A DNA stretch of 64,000 nt from Octopus sinensis (lineage: Eukaryota): contig NC_043001.1 of NCBI RefSeq assembly GCF_006345805.1, positions 135,470,001 to 135,534,000 on the forward strand, written 5' to 3'. Shown in pieces: positions 1-11,990 of this stretch (positions within the stretch are counted from its first letter, which is position 1; each line of letters starts with the position of its first letter). Made by a program: the position numbers and the translations under genes. The notes under the pieces are model-generated. The model did no database searches and was not told where the DNA came from. It worked only from the letters and a program-made list of their open reading frames with translations.

Positions 1-19
1 GCACCTATATCTTGCATCA

Positions 20-57
<38 letters not shown>

Positions 58-116
58 TTTAAAATTATAAGTATATGAAAGAATGGAGTTGAACGACTAG
101 TTAACAAATATCCTTT

Positions 117-201
117 ATTCTCGACATATGTTTCGAAGGCTGCATATTCCTAATTCCGAAGGAATAAGGAGTACATTATGCAGATTTCTCATCAGGAAAA
201 T
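117..201 (-). ncRNA. Type I hammerhead ribozyme motif (Penelope-like element type)
   Basis: Minus strand reads AUUUUC-CUGAUGA-[GAAAU CUGCAUA...UAUGCAG CCUUC]-GAAA-C AUAU G-UC^GAGAAU. Both catalytic core segments are intact, stem I has 6 bp (one G-U), stem II is long, and stem III is the palindrome ACAUAUGU. Predicted cleavage between 123 and 122. Confidence 0.8.
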
Positions 202-392
202 CAAGGAACTTATGTCGACATCAAAATGCATATATTTATAATTTTAAAATAAACATACAAATTTCCGCACGAAGACACGTAGTCTATGCCCTAGGGACGT
301 AGCTTCAACCGTGTTCTTTATGATGTGAATTTGCTACCCAGGTATCGGTTATCTTTCAAATTATCCTTAATAAGATAATTCATTCAATTACT

Positions 393-426
<34 letters not shown>

Positions 427-429
<3 letters not shown>

Positions 430-1178
430 GAGTGCAATGGGTAAATTGTCACCATTTTATAATTTTAATTTCATGCATGCACATTGCTTCTGATTTTGTC
501 AACTACACTGTATAATAGGGTCAGTTGGGCACTGTCTGTGAGAAATTTGGAAATGACAAGCTGTACTGCTTGGAATTTGTGCTGGAAGCTCCAATACAAA
601 CATTTCAGAGTGTTTGGGTGTCAATCTGAGGACAGTGCAGAGGATTCGGAAAGAGTTGGATGTGTTGTGTCTAATAGGGATTAGGAAGTTTTGGCAGCTT
701 GGAGCACTCATTTGATTGTTCCGATAAGAAAAGAACTCCTGAATTTATTGACAGCAATCCTTCCAAGTCAATCAGGTCCATAGGAGTTTCTGAGTTTCTT
801 ATCAGGCAGGTAGTGCATAAAGACATTCGGTATTCCTCATACAAGATGTGGAAAGGCCAATTTCTATCCGAAGGTATCAAGGACAAGAGGAAAAACTGCA
901 CTACAAAGATTTTGAACAAACTCAAACATCCCCTCCAACTGAACATGCTTTGGCTTCTCTCAGATGAGAAACATATCTGCCAGGATCAGATGGTGAACAT
1001 ACAAAACGACTGTTGGCTTGCTGTGTCCCCAAAACATGTACCGAGAATGATAAAAATCAAATATCCAATCAACATCATGGTGTTTGATGTGATCACTAGT
1101 GATGGCGATATTATGCCTTCATTCATCTTCCTATATGGCCTCAGACTCAACATGGAGACCTACATCATATATCTGTAA
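427..1178 (+). mobile_element. Degenerate Tc1/mariner-superfamily transposon, 5' part (transposase remnant in ORF 699-1178)
   Basis: Begins TACGAG directly after a (TA)n tract, a mariner-like terminus. Translation includes LWLLSDEK (first catalytic D region) and IMVFDVITSDG, typical of DDE/DDD transposases. Breaks off at ~1180 where a Penelope-like remnant starts. Confidence 0.6.
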
Positions 1179-1179
1179 A

Positions 1180-1533
1180 TGTAATATGTGACAATTATTC
1201 AGTAGCCATGATAAAACTCTGAGTTTCAGATGTTGGGGTGGAAATCCACGCCACCATCTCTTCAGTTATCTGGCCATTGGAAAAAAATGCTAGGAAAATG
1301 ACCGTTAAACAAAGGGAAATTACTGTGTGATTGACTGTTATTAAGACAAAAGAGCTATTTGAATGACCGCTAAGTGAGGAGAGGGAGTAAAAGTAAGGGG
1401 GTAAAAATGTTCATAGTATTTGCGTAAGTCCATACCTACACATGCACGCCCGCACCCCCACGTACATGCGCCTATAAGTATACACTCATCCACCCTCACT
1501 TGAAACCCACACATTCTCACCCACACCATTCAC

Positions 1534-1566
<33 letters not shown>

Positions 1567-2446
1567 CATATATATATACATATATATACACAATCCCACA
1601 CACACACATGCGTGCACCAAAAAGGGTCATACACACAACTATATAGGCACAAGCACAAGAAAAAACAGGGCTAAGGGGGCAACAATACAGAAAAAAGTGT
1701 AAAGAAGTATAAAAAAATAAGCAATAAGAGTAAAACACATCTATATACGCACATACCCGTATCCACGCACACACACACGTCTATATACATGCATACCTGC
1801 ACACATCTATATACACATGTACGCAAGAGAAAACAGAGCTAAAGGCAAAAACAGGTTAATGTGTAAAATAACAATGAGTAAAACACGTCTATATACGCAC
1901 ATACTCACATGCACGCACATGCACACACATCTATATACGCACATGCACACACATCTATATACCTACATACCCACACACATGCACACATCCACACGCGTGC
2001 ACAAAGGATTCCATATACACGTCTATATACGCACAGGGAAAATGTCGGGTGGAAGGTAGGATACAGAAAAGTTATGTGTAAAAAATATATAAGCAATAAA
2101 CCTATAAAACAATATCTCCATAAATATGTGAAAAATATATGTACAAAAATATATAATTATATATAAAAAGTTTAAAGTAAAAAGTATAAAGAGATAAAAA
2201 GCTTGTACGTGGACACAATATAGAAAGCAAGTCCTATCTGTAATCTCGGGGAGACCAAAAACGTAACAAATATTTAGCCATGTCTGGGCATGATCTGAAA
2301 AGTTCAGTTCTTGAATTCAGACATGTAGCAGGGTCTAAGCTGCTTTTCCAGATGAGCCATCTTTCCATATCACAAAGACCACACTTTCCACTGCCGTTGA
2401 TGTAGGACTTACACTTGGCTAAGATCTTCCAATGGATGTTGTCCAT
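1180..2446 (-). mobile_element. 3' end of a Penelope-like retroelement: GIY-YIG endonuclease C-terminus plus ~1 kb 3' region containing a hammerhead
   Basis: ORF 2234-2446(-) WKILAKCKSYINGSGKCGLCDMERWLI...LNSRTELFRSC matches the C-terminal CxLC / LNxRxE signature of Penelope endonucleases. A co-oriented hammerhead lies downstream at 1210-1270. Confidence 0.75.
1210..1270 (-). ncRNA. Type I hammerhead ribozyme motif in the Penelope 3' region
   Basis: Minus strand: GAUAA-CUGAAGA-GAUG...CAUC U-GAAA-C UCAGA G-UU^UUAUC. Stem I is a perfect 5 bp and stem III is near-palindromic (ACUC-A-GAGU). The stem II closing pair is imperfect. Confidence 0.7.
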
Positions 2447-2954
2447 AAAAGATAAAAGTGTTAGTTACAATATCCATTATCTTTTATCTTTCATTTGTTT
2501 TAGTCATTAGACTGTAGCCAACCTTGAAGAATATTTAGTTGATTGAATAGATCCCTGTACTTATTTTCCTTTTTTAAGCCTAGTACTTAGGTACTTGTTC
2601 TATTGGTCTCTTTTACTGAACTGCTAAGTTATGGGGAAATAAAAACAAGCACATACACACACATGAAAAGCTTCTTTCAGTTTCCGTGCACCAAATCATC
2701 TCACATGGCTTTGGCTGGCCTGTGGCTATAATAGAAGACATCCAAGGTGCTATACAGTGGGACTGAACCTGGAACCATGTGGTTGTGAAGCAAACTTCTT
2801 ACCACAGAGCCATGCCTATGTGGATGAGAGAGAGAGAGAGGAGAGAGAGAAACAAGAAACAGAAACAGAGAGGGAAGAGAGATAGAGAGAGAGAGAGAGA
2901 GAAAGAGAATAGGGAAAGGAGAAAGATAAAGTGAGACTGTATTAGTTTACTTAC

Positions 2955-3053
2955 TTAGATTTCAACAGCAACCAGTTTTGCTGCAAGGCTCTTGATCTCT
3001 TCAATAAGAAGGGTTTTCTGCCTCCAGCTCTCAGGAATGCTTTCCACGCCATA
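2955..3053 (-). CDS. Last coding exon of an ADP-ribosylglycohydrolase-family gene (selenoprotein J / J1-crystallin-like)
   Basis: Pyrimidine tract and AG acceptor (cttatcctttcag). Phase-0 translation YGVESIPESWRQKTLLIEEIKSLAAKLVAVEI-stop continues the exon at 15104-15243 in frame. GxxxIPxxW is the family's C-terminal motif. Confidence 0.8.
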   Translation of the reverse strand, partial: YGVESIPESWRQKTLLIEEIKSLAAKLVAVEI

Positions 3054-4085
3054 CTGAAAGGATAAGAAAAAGGAAAAAAAAAAATCAAAACATACTACGA
3101 CATGACAAGGTTAACAATTTCGCCCATTCCTTTATGGTTTCACTAACGAAATCACAAGCTTTATTCCTTTTCATGATTCAGTGGCTGTTTGTACACAGAA
3201 AGGGCATCCACCTGGAAAAAACTGTTTGCTCTAACATGCCCTCTAGCACTCATCTTGTTCTGTCAAGGATAGGAAAATATGTGCTAAAATAGTGTGAAAC
3301 AAACTCATGGAGATTTTATGAAACTGTAAACCTACTCAACTCACATGTTTAATGCATTAGTTATAGAGTTTTTTTTTGTTGTTTATGAAAGATTGAAAAT
3401 CAATTAAGAAACGTGATAGTGATTTAATTTCTGAAGATGGAACATCTTGGAACATCCAGATTGATTCTGACTTACTGATGGGGGAAAATAAAGCAATTTG
3501 ACAGAGACAAATTGCTTTATTTGAATACAAGGGTTGGGATCAGAGATGGGAAGAATATAGGGGTTAGATTGGGGAGAATAAAGAGAGCCTCAACCTGTAA
3601 GAAATCACACCCTATCATCTAAAAAAAGGAAGGATATATTCATCAATGTAAGACCTTGATATACAAAAAGAAAGAGTGGTCATACATGAAATAAATTTGA
3701 TCATAGGTTTGTAGAATGAGGGCTGACCTAGAACTAAACATCTTGGGGGGATTCACATTTAAAGGGTTACAATTTAAATCGGATTGGGTTTTAGTTATAA
3801 TCCCCTCATTATTTTAGATAGAGTAAGGATCAGTAAAGTTGTGTGGTCAGGGAGTTTGATTTTGGAACAACATGGTTTCGAGTTCACTTCCACTGTACAG
3901 ATTTCATCGGCTGGTGTCCTCTACCATAGCCATGAATTAACCAATGACTTGCGAGTGAAATTTGGTGTATGGGAACTGCAAGAAGTCCTGTGTGCATGTG
4001 TGTGCATGGCTGTGTATTCTACTTCTCTTGACATGTGTGCAGTCACTGTCCCATTTGTTGCTGTGTGTTGGCTGATCCAGTAGCC

Positions 4086-4344
4086 CAGTGGTTCCCAAAC
4101 TATGAGTCGCGACCCACCAGATGGGTCGCGAACGGAATCTTAGTGGGTCGCAAAAAGTTATAAAATTACGCATTAGCTTTGATTAACTGCTGTCTATCGA
4201 GATAGTTCAGTAGAGTTAAGTGGGTCGTCATAAACTGGTGGGATAAATAGTGGTTCGTCATAACCTGGTGGGATAAATAGTGGTTCGTCATAAACTGGTG
4301 GGATAAATAGTGGGTCGCGACTCTAAAAAGTTTGAGAACCACTG
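4086..4344. mobile_element. hAT-family MITE
   Basis: 15-bp TIRs CAGTGGTTCCCAAAC / GTTTGAGAACCACTG and a perfect 8-bp TSD CAGTAGCC (4078-4085, 4345-4352). Internal 30-bp unit repeated three times. Confidence 0.92.
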
Positions 4345-5795
4345 CAGTAGCCTGTTACCCTGGAGATTTTATGTCATGGAAACTCTGGGGTAACTAACTA
4401 TTGAATCAACTAGAAATAGTAACCAAATCTCTCCCATATGAAACCGAATAATGTCATTTGTTTCTAGCCATCTCTGTAAGCATGTCCAGGATATTTCTTG
4501 TTCAATGGATAAGGAAGAATGTTACTTTACTTGGAAACAAGGGAGGGTTGGTGACTGGAATAGCATCCGGCTATAAAAAACTGACTCAGACAAGCATAGC
4601 AAAATAGATGGTAAAATAAGGATGATGACAAAGCTAGATGTACTTACAGAAATTGTAATTAATATGTTGTGTGATGTGTTATGTAATTTTATTCAAGTGC
4701 TCTTTCGCCAAGACTTTACCACCAAATGATTAAATTAAATCATCTGCTTTATTCTTCAACAGGAGCTGCTGAATGTAAACTTGCAGATGATTTACTCTTG
4801 ATATTAGCCAATATCAAGACAGTCTGTCAGTCATGCTTCTGCTCTCATCACACCAAAACTGGTGGGACCCAGTTGGGTTGAAACCATGATGTTCAAGTTA
4901 ATACATTAACATGCTCTCTTGTGTTTATAACTGCAAAACTGGCTTAAAACAAGATTAGGAATAAATTCTGATACAGACCGAATTCAATCAAGTGGTTTAT
5001 GGTCTGTCATGCAGGGTGTGTGTGTCTGTGTGTATATCTATCTCCAGCATAGTCATCATTTTAACATCCACTTTACTATGCTTGCATGGCTGAAAGGAAG
5101 TTATTGAAGCAGATTGTTCTCACCAACTTGTACCTGTTTCCAATCAAAGCAATATTTCTCCAAAGCCAGACATGTTTTAGCAGAATATTGGGAATGAATG
5201 ACATTCATTTACAACAACCACACGATGTCAAGCCAAGCAAACACAAACACACACACACACATACATATGCACACACATACTTATGATAGGTTTATTTCAG
5301 TGTTTCTGTCTACCACATCCACTCACAAGGTTTTGGTCAGCCTGGGGCTATAGCAGAAGACACTTGCCCAAGGTGCCATGCAGTGGGACTGACCCCAAAT
5401 TATATATACACACACGATGGGCTTCTTTCAATTTCCTATTTCTTTACTGCCCACAAGGGGCTACACGCAAAGGGGACAAACAGATTAAGTTGATTACATT
5501 GATCCCAGTGTGTAACAACATAAAGAACGACCCTTCATCAGTTGTTGGCTGTTTTTCTCCTCTCGTATTTTGAGCATTTAACAACAATGTACACTTTTGA
5601 TAAAACAGTTGCTCCCGCAAAGCAAATTAAATAAAATTTGGGATTTTGCGGAGAGTCAAAATTGGTAACACAAATGGGACAGTGAAAACAAATAGGAAGG
5701 GCTGCTAAGCCTAAATGAATGTGTAAATCAAGCTTGGACAGAAGACAGACGAGAAGATGTTTTCTTTGTTCCAGCTACAACGGAGAGAGAGAAAG

Positions 5796-6020
5796 TCTCC
5801 AGATCTCAATATTATCGAACATTTATGGTGCATTTTAGTAAAACAAGTAAGGAGTCGATATCCTCCACCATCATCACTACAAGAACTGGAGATTGTTTTA
5901 GCTGAAGAATGGACAAAAATTCCTTTGGAAACAATTCAAACTTTGTACAAGTCCATACCTCATATTGAAATTAATTTGTTTGAAATTTTAAGGTGTTTCC
6001 ATTATTTTGTCCAACCCCTG
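5796..6020 (+). mobile_element. Tc1-like transposon 3' remnant
   Basis: SPDLNIIEHLW motif (third catalytic E of the DD34E triad) followed by ...LQELEIVLAEEWTKIP. Ends in ...TTGTCCAACCCCTG followed by TA. Confidence 0.8.
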
Positions 6021-6044
6021 TATATGTATATATATATATATATA

Positions 6045-6501
<457 letters not shown>

Positions 6502-8179
6502 TAATTGTGAAGCTTGGCCAAGAGTAATTTGTCAAATGCGTCTCTGACAAACTGCACTCAATAAAACTTCAAAGTTTCATTCCTTCTGTCTGTTTAATAA
6601 ATATCCCAACTACTTTTCTAAATTAAGTCATTTCTTCAGTTAATGTTTTTTGAATATACACATCCGTGTATATGTGTTTTAGTGGTATATATATATAATT
6701 TTGAAAGAGGAGAGTAGGTTTGTGGGCACTGAAACAAAGAAGAAACAAAAACAAAAATGTAATAAATATAATATCTGAAACAACAGTTCATCAAAGCTGT
6801 CCCTGTCTCTTCTCCCTCCCCCCCTGCCATTTCACCCCTTCAGCACCAATATCCCTGTAATCCCCACATAACTATACCCAGCTACAGTAATTTGGGATGA
6901 AGAGACAGTGTCCTAACCCTTTTCTATTGTGATAACTGGAGCCCCTTTTCCTGGTTGAGGCTGTCATTTTACAAGGGAAGAGTATGTGGAATATGTCAAC
7001 GACTGACAGGGGTTAATTACTAAATATTGTCAGAATCAAAAAGAAATTAGGGTCACACGAACCAGCAATTGGATAGGAAGGAAACAGGAAGTGGTTTCCC
7101 TGTTATAGCAAAACCCCTTAGGATATCTCATCTTTGCCATTAATGAGTTACTTTCAAGAATCAGTAAGGGTGGTACGCAGTTGGTTCTAAAGATCAAACT
7201 GCACAGATCAGAGACATTTTGGAGGATCCCACATTCATATAAAATATAATTCTTTTTCATAATGACATTCCTCATTCTCATTATTCATTATTTGTCACTT
7301 CATGTCAGGGGGAAAATGAAATATGGCTTTTCTAATACCAAGATGAAGTGGGGGTGTTGATGGCAACACTCTTCAATCTGCTAGAACAGCCTGGAGCTAA
7401 GCAGGAGTTCTTTATTACAGTACAGTTTTTTTTTCCCTTTGCCATTTATCTGTTTCAGTCATTAGACTATGACCATGGTGGGACACCACGTTGAAGAATT
7501 CTAGTTCTGAATTCAAGATCTTTTTTGAAACCTGGTGCTTATTCTATTGGCCTCTTTTGATGAACCTCTAAGTTACAGGGAGCATAAACAAACTAACACT
7601 AATTGTCCAGTGGGAGTGGAGGACAAACACAAATACAAAGACACACACATATATACATGTGTGTATGTGTTTGTAATTTCACCTTTATGGTGCTTTATTT
7701 AGCTGGAAAATAATACTATTCCATTCCAATACTGTATGATCACTCAGGTATAGTCCAAGCTCAGGTTAATTGCATCAAAAGACTCTTCCCAAAAGACAGC
7801 TGTTCTAGATTCATAGGACCTACAAGAAAAAGCAGCCGTATCTTCCTTGAATCAAACTCTGTTGTCTTAAAACACTGGAGATATATGGTGCTAGATGTAT
7901 TGTGTTTGTTTGCTTGATAACTTTCCATTCATATTTCCCCTTTTACTCATTTGTATAGATGTTTCTCTCTTCCTGCTCTGTATTTTCTGGTTCCCTTTTT
8001 CTTCTCCCCGCTTTTCTTTTCATAATTCTCTTCTCTTAAATTTCTTTCTCCCATTCTTTGTTTTTTCCTTTCATAACCTCCTTCCCCTTAATTTCTCTCT
8101 CTCTTTCTTTTCACACACACACACCACACACACTATTTCTGTGTGTGTGTGTGTGTGTATATATATACCTGTATATAGA

Positions 8180-8231
8180 AACCACCTGAAGAATGTCTAA
8201 GATGTGCTGACACGAAATGATCGTAGTGGTT
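8180..8231 (+). ncRNA. Type I hammerhead ribozyme motif, slightly decayed
   Basis: AACCAC-CUGAAGA-A UGUC...GACA C-GAAA-U GAUC G-UA^GUGGUU. Stem I is a perfect 6 bp. The stem II closing pair is A-C instead of G-C, and stem III is one change from the palindrome ACGAUCGU. An AT-rich tail follows. Confidence 0.75.
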
Positions 8232-8333
8232 ATTCATTTGTTAAATTTTAATTTATATAAATTATTTTATGTATTGGCTTAAGTCTTTCTTTGTTTGATT
8301 TGCATAATAGTGGTTTTGTCTCTAATTTATTAT

Positions 8334-8378
<45 letters not shown>

Positions 8379-9521
8379 ATAGATATATCTAACTACCTAC
8401 CTACTTTTCTATCTCTATCATTCACTTTCTCTATTTATCTGTCCTTTCTCTCTCTCCTTGTCCACCCTCAATGTAAGCCAATTAGTATATATAATTTTTT
8501 TCTGTCTGTCTGTCTATCTTTCCATCACTTTCAATCTGCCTCTATCTATTTATCCTCCTTTGCTTCTCTAACCCTCTCTGTAATCCAGTTAGCATCTATC
8601 TATCTATCTGTCTGTCTGTCTCTTTCACTCTACCTGTTTACTCTCTCTTGCTCTTTCCCACCTCCACCTGTCTCCTTACCCCCCTTCCACCTCTCTAATC
8701 CAGTCAATACTGAAACCGGCCTGACAATATTGACCATTTGGTTTCTTGCCCGATTCAGACGTTTCATTTGAAATTCCTAACTGATGCCAAACTAACATTG
8801 ATCTTAGCTTCTTACTATCACAGATAATAATGGTTCAGGACACGAGCCAAAAGCCACTGTGACCAGAAACAGAGATATAGAAGCTGTACTAGAAGTTGTT
8901 GTGGTGGGAGTAACAGTTGTGGCAGTAGTAGTTAGTGGTAGTAGTAGTTAGTGGTAGTAATAATGACATAAATGGTAGTAGTAGTCATAGTGGTGGTGAT
9001 AGATGTGATAGTAGTTGTGGCAATGTTAGTAGCAATTGTGGTGGTGGTTGTAGTAGTAGTAGTAGTAGGTTTGTTTTGAATTAGGTTTGTCGGTCAATTA
9101 AAATCAAGCCACTGTGGTCAGTGTTTTGCTTTCCAGGTTTTGATCTGTTTTAACAATTTTTTTTTCTGAACTGTGTCCAATGTGGGTTGGATATTTCAGT
9201 AAATTTAAACATTTGCCTAAATTGTTGTACTTGTTGTTTAACCCCCAGATCAGCCCTGGTCAAGTAGATTTATAAAAGGAAGGCTTTCCAGCCATGACTG
9301 TCTTGTCTTTTTAGGAGTATATTTGAAACTATATTATGACATGATTTGAGGGAGACTTTGCTACTATTTCCAGCTGGCTAAGCAATCAGAGACTTTGTTC
9401 CATATTTCAGATCCAGTCTAAAAATGCTCTGAACAATACAACACCATGTGACAAGTCAAAGAAGGGTCTTTCCAGTGGCACTTGTATCTACTAGAAATAA
9501 CAGCCAAATAGTATTCACTAA

Positions 9522-9702
9522 CGCAGGAGTGGCTGTGCGGTAAGTAGCTTGCTAACCAACCACATGGTTCCGGGTTTGGTCCCACTGCGTGGCATCTTGG
9601 GCGAGTGTCTTCTGCTATAGCCCCGGGCCGACCAATGCCTTGTGGGTGGATTTGGTAGACGGAAACTGAAAGAAGCCTGTCGTATATATGTATATATATA
9701 TG

Positions 9703-9755
<53 letters not shown>

Positions 9756-9999
9756 ATATATATATATATATGTGTGTGTGTGTGTTTGTGTGTCTGCGTT
9801 TGTCCCCCTAGCATTGCTTGACAACCGATGCTGGTGTGTTACGTCCCCGTCACTTAGCGGTTCGGCAAAAAGAGACTGATAGAATAAGTACTAGGCTTAC
9901 AAAGAATAAGTCCCGGGGTCGATTTGCTCGACTAAAGGCGGTGCTCCAGCATGGCCACAGTCAAATGACTGAAACAAGTAAAAGCGAGTAAAGAGAGTA
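9522..9999 (+). mobile_element. tRNA-derived SINE (family A), full length
   Basis: Head GCAGGAGTGGCTGTGCGGTAAG...GGTTCCGGGTTTGGTCCC, internal (TA)/(TG) microsatellite, 3' half ending CAGTCAAATGACTGAAACAAGTAAAAG. More than 15 related copies in the window. Confidence 0.85.
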
Positions 10000-10514
10000 A
10001 CGTATGTATTTACTAATGTTTACAAACGGTCATTGAAAAGGGCCCACTTTCAATTACCATTCTACCTATTTTAAAGTCTGCAATGTCACATTTTTTTTTC
10101 ATGTGAATAGCTGCAGCTCAACAACCTCTCATCACCATTTCCATCATCTTCAGCTGACAATAGCATCAGAATGATGACGATGATAAAAAAAAAAAGCACA
10201 CGAAAGAAAGACAAAGAAGAAATATTGAAGGAAGAAAAGAAGAAACAAGAAGTATCATCACCATCATCGTCGTCATCATCATCATCACCAACTGGAGACC
10301 TTACTTTAAAAAGATTCTGTCCCAGCACTAGAGATTTCTCATCATAAATATGATCTCAACTATTTCATAGAATTCTTCACTTTCTCTTTGAAAGAAGAAA
10401 ACCTGATAATTTCTTCAGTTCCATCTTTGGTAGAATCCCAATAGAATTGATTTGATCTGTTTTATGTCTTTAGAAATTGATACTTCTAGAAAACTGACAG
10501 CAACAGTAGCAGAG

Positions 10515-10551
10515 GAGGATGAGGATGAGGATGATGAGGATGAGGATGATG

Positions 10552-10583
<32 letters not shown>

Positions 10584-10610
10584 CATGATCATGATCATGA
10601 TCATCATCAA
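10515..10610. repeat. (GAG/GAT)n-(GATCAT)n trinucleotide repeat
   Basis: Direct inspection; gives poly-D/E/H and poly-M ORFs in several frames. Confidence 0.9.
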
Positions 10611-10794
10611 AAACATTGTCACCACTACAACCATCAATGTTAGTGATGCAGTCATCACTACCATCGACACCATTATTGTCAGTCAAATGAAGATGGTGAA
10701 CCGACAAAGTCAATACAGCATTGGATAAAAAAATAAAAAAATTGCTCCAGCTTTCAGAGCTCAAATCCCACTGGGGCAACTTTGGTTTTCAGTC

Positions 10795-11033
10795 ATCTAT
10801 CTATCTATCTATCCGCTCAGTCAAAGTCGACTCTCGGTCACTTGTTGGATCAGTGTCCTCCAGTCAGTTCTATCCTGGGCCACTTCTTTCAGATTGGCTA
10901 TGTCCATTCCAGTTTCCCTCTTGATGGTGTCAAGCCAGCGGGTTCTTGGTCGGCCTCTTCCTCTCTTGCCACTGACCATTCCGAGCATGATGTCCTTCTC
11001 CGCATAATATGACCGAAATATAATACCAGTCAA
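10795..11033 (-). mobile_element. 5'-truncated RTE-clade LINE 3' end
   Basis: Translation EKDIMLGMVSGKRGRGRPRTRWLDTIK...AQDRTDWR is the typical RTE C-terminus. A (GATA)n tail follows at ~10795-10813. Confidence 0.85.
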
Positions 11034-11234
11034 ATGCTGGGGTCAATTTCTCTTATCTTTCTCACTCACTTTCAACAGACTATGTTGATGTAGGAGAGGA
11101 AGGAGCCACCTGTTGCATCCTCACCAATATTTTCACCACCACAACTACAACAACTATCAATTCAAAATGAACAATTAAATTACACCATCTAGAAAATTAC
11201 ATGGAGTCAAAACTCCAGTGGGGAAGATTTAGCT

Positions 11235-11978
11235 ATGAAACCTGATCACGATAAAATCTGTTTGGATTCTCCCTCACCTGTCCTTCCCATTAATGCCATT
11301 GCTCAACCAATTCTGAACGATCTCGATGTGAGTTCATCTGGGGAGTGGTGCTCCCCCAAACCGAAGAAGAGGCAGTGCAGTTCCAAACCAGGCGGGAAAA
11401 TTATGACCACTAAACCCATTCCGATCGACCCCACAGGCCGACATAAGTCCGATGGCTATGAAACCACCCTTTCGAAATCTTCCAATGAAGAATCGAATAC
11501 CGCAGCTCATAGTAGAGAACATTTTGCCCACTCAAGATCAGCAATAATTTACGGTAAAGCTGAATCCACCTGTGATACAGGCATAAACCGCCTAAAAGAT
11601 GACAATTTTGTTTCCATTTTAGTTGGAGAATTGTTCTCTGTGAACGAAAATGTCAGTGTCCATAAGGTCGCTCGGCTAGGAAGATTCCAAGCGAACCCAA
11701 CCTCAGATACTAGACCACGCCCAATAAGGGTAATCTTTTCCTCCGATCGGGAGGCTTCAGTCTTTCTGAACAGAGCTCAGACGCATGCCTGGGAGGACCC
11801 CAATATGGGTTTTCGCGAGGAATACTCACTAAGAGAGAGAATTCGCTGGAGAAATCTAATATCCGAGCTAAAGATGAGGAAACAAATGGGAGAGAAGGGT
11901 TTACGAATCCAAGATGGACAGATAATCAAGTCCTACCTTTGGTCCCATGCTGTAGTGCTGACAGGGAAAGTGATGTGA
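11235..11978 (+). CDS. LINE ORF1 protein (possibly N-terminally truncated)
   Basis: 247-aa ORF immediately upstream of ORF2, containing ARLGRF...TRPRPIRVIF, a motif common in CR1/L2 ORF1 proteins. Confidence 0.7.
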   Translation: MKPDHDKICLDSPSPVLPINAIAQPILNDLDVSSSGEWCSPKPKKRQCSSKPGGKIMTTKPIPIDPTGRHKSDGYETTLSKSSNEESNTAAHSREHFAHSRSAIIYGKAESTCDTGINRLKDDNFVSILVGELFSVNENVSVHKVARLGRFQANPTSDTRPRPIRVIFSSDREASVFLNRAQTHAWEDPNMGFREEYSLRERIRWRNLISELKMRKQMGEKGLRIQDGQIIKSYLWSHAVVLTGKVM

Positions 11979-11990
11979 GGGCAAATTGAA

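Noticed and set aside
4219-4317. 30-bp direct repeats resembling CRISPR repeats
   Set aside because: No spacers, contiguous units, inside a hAT MITE, eukaryotic context, no cas genes.
10452-10779. Poly-Asp/His/Met ORFs
   Set aside because: Products of a trinucleotide repeat, open in several frames, with no splice or homology support.
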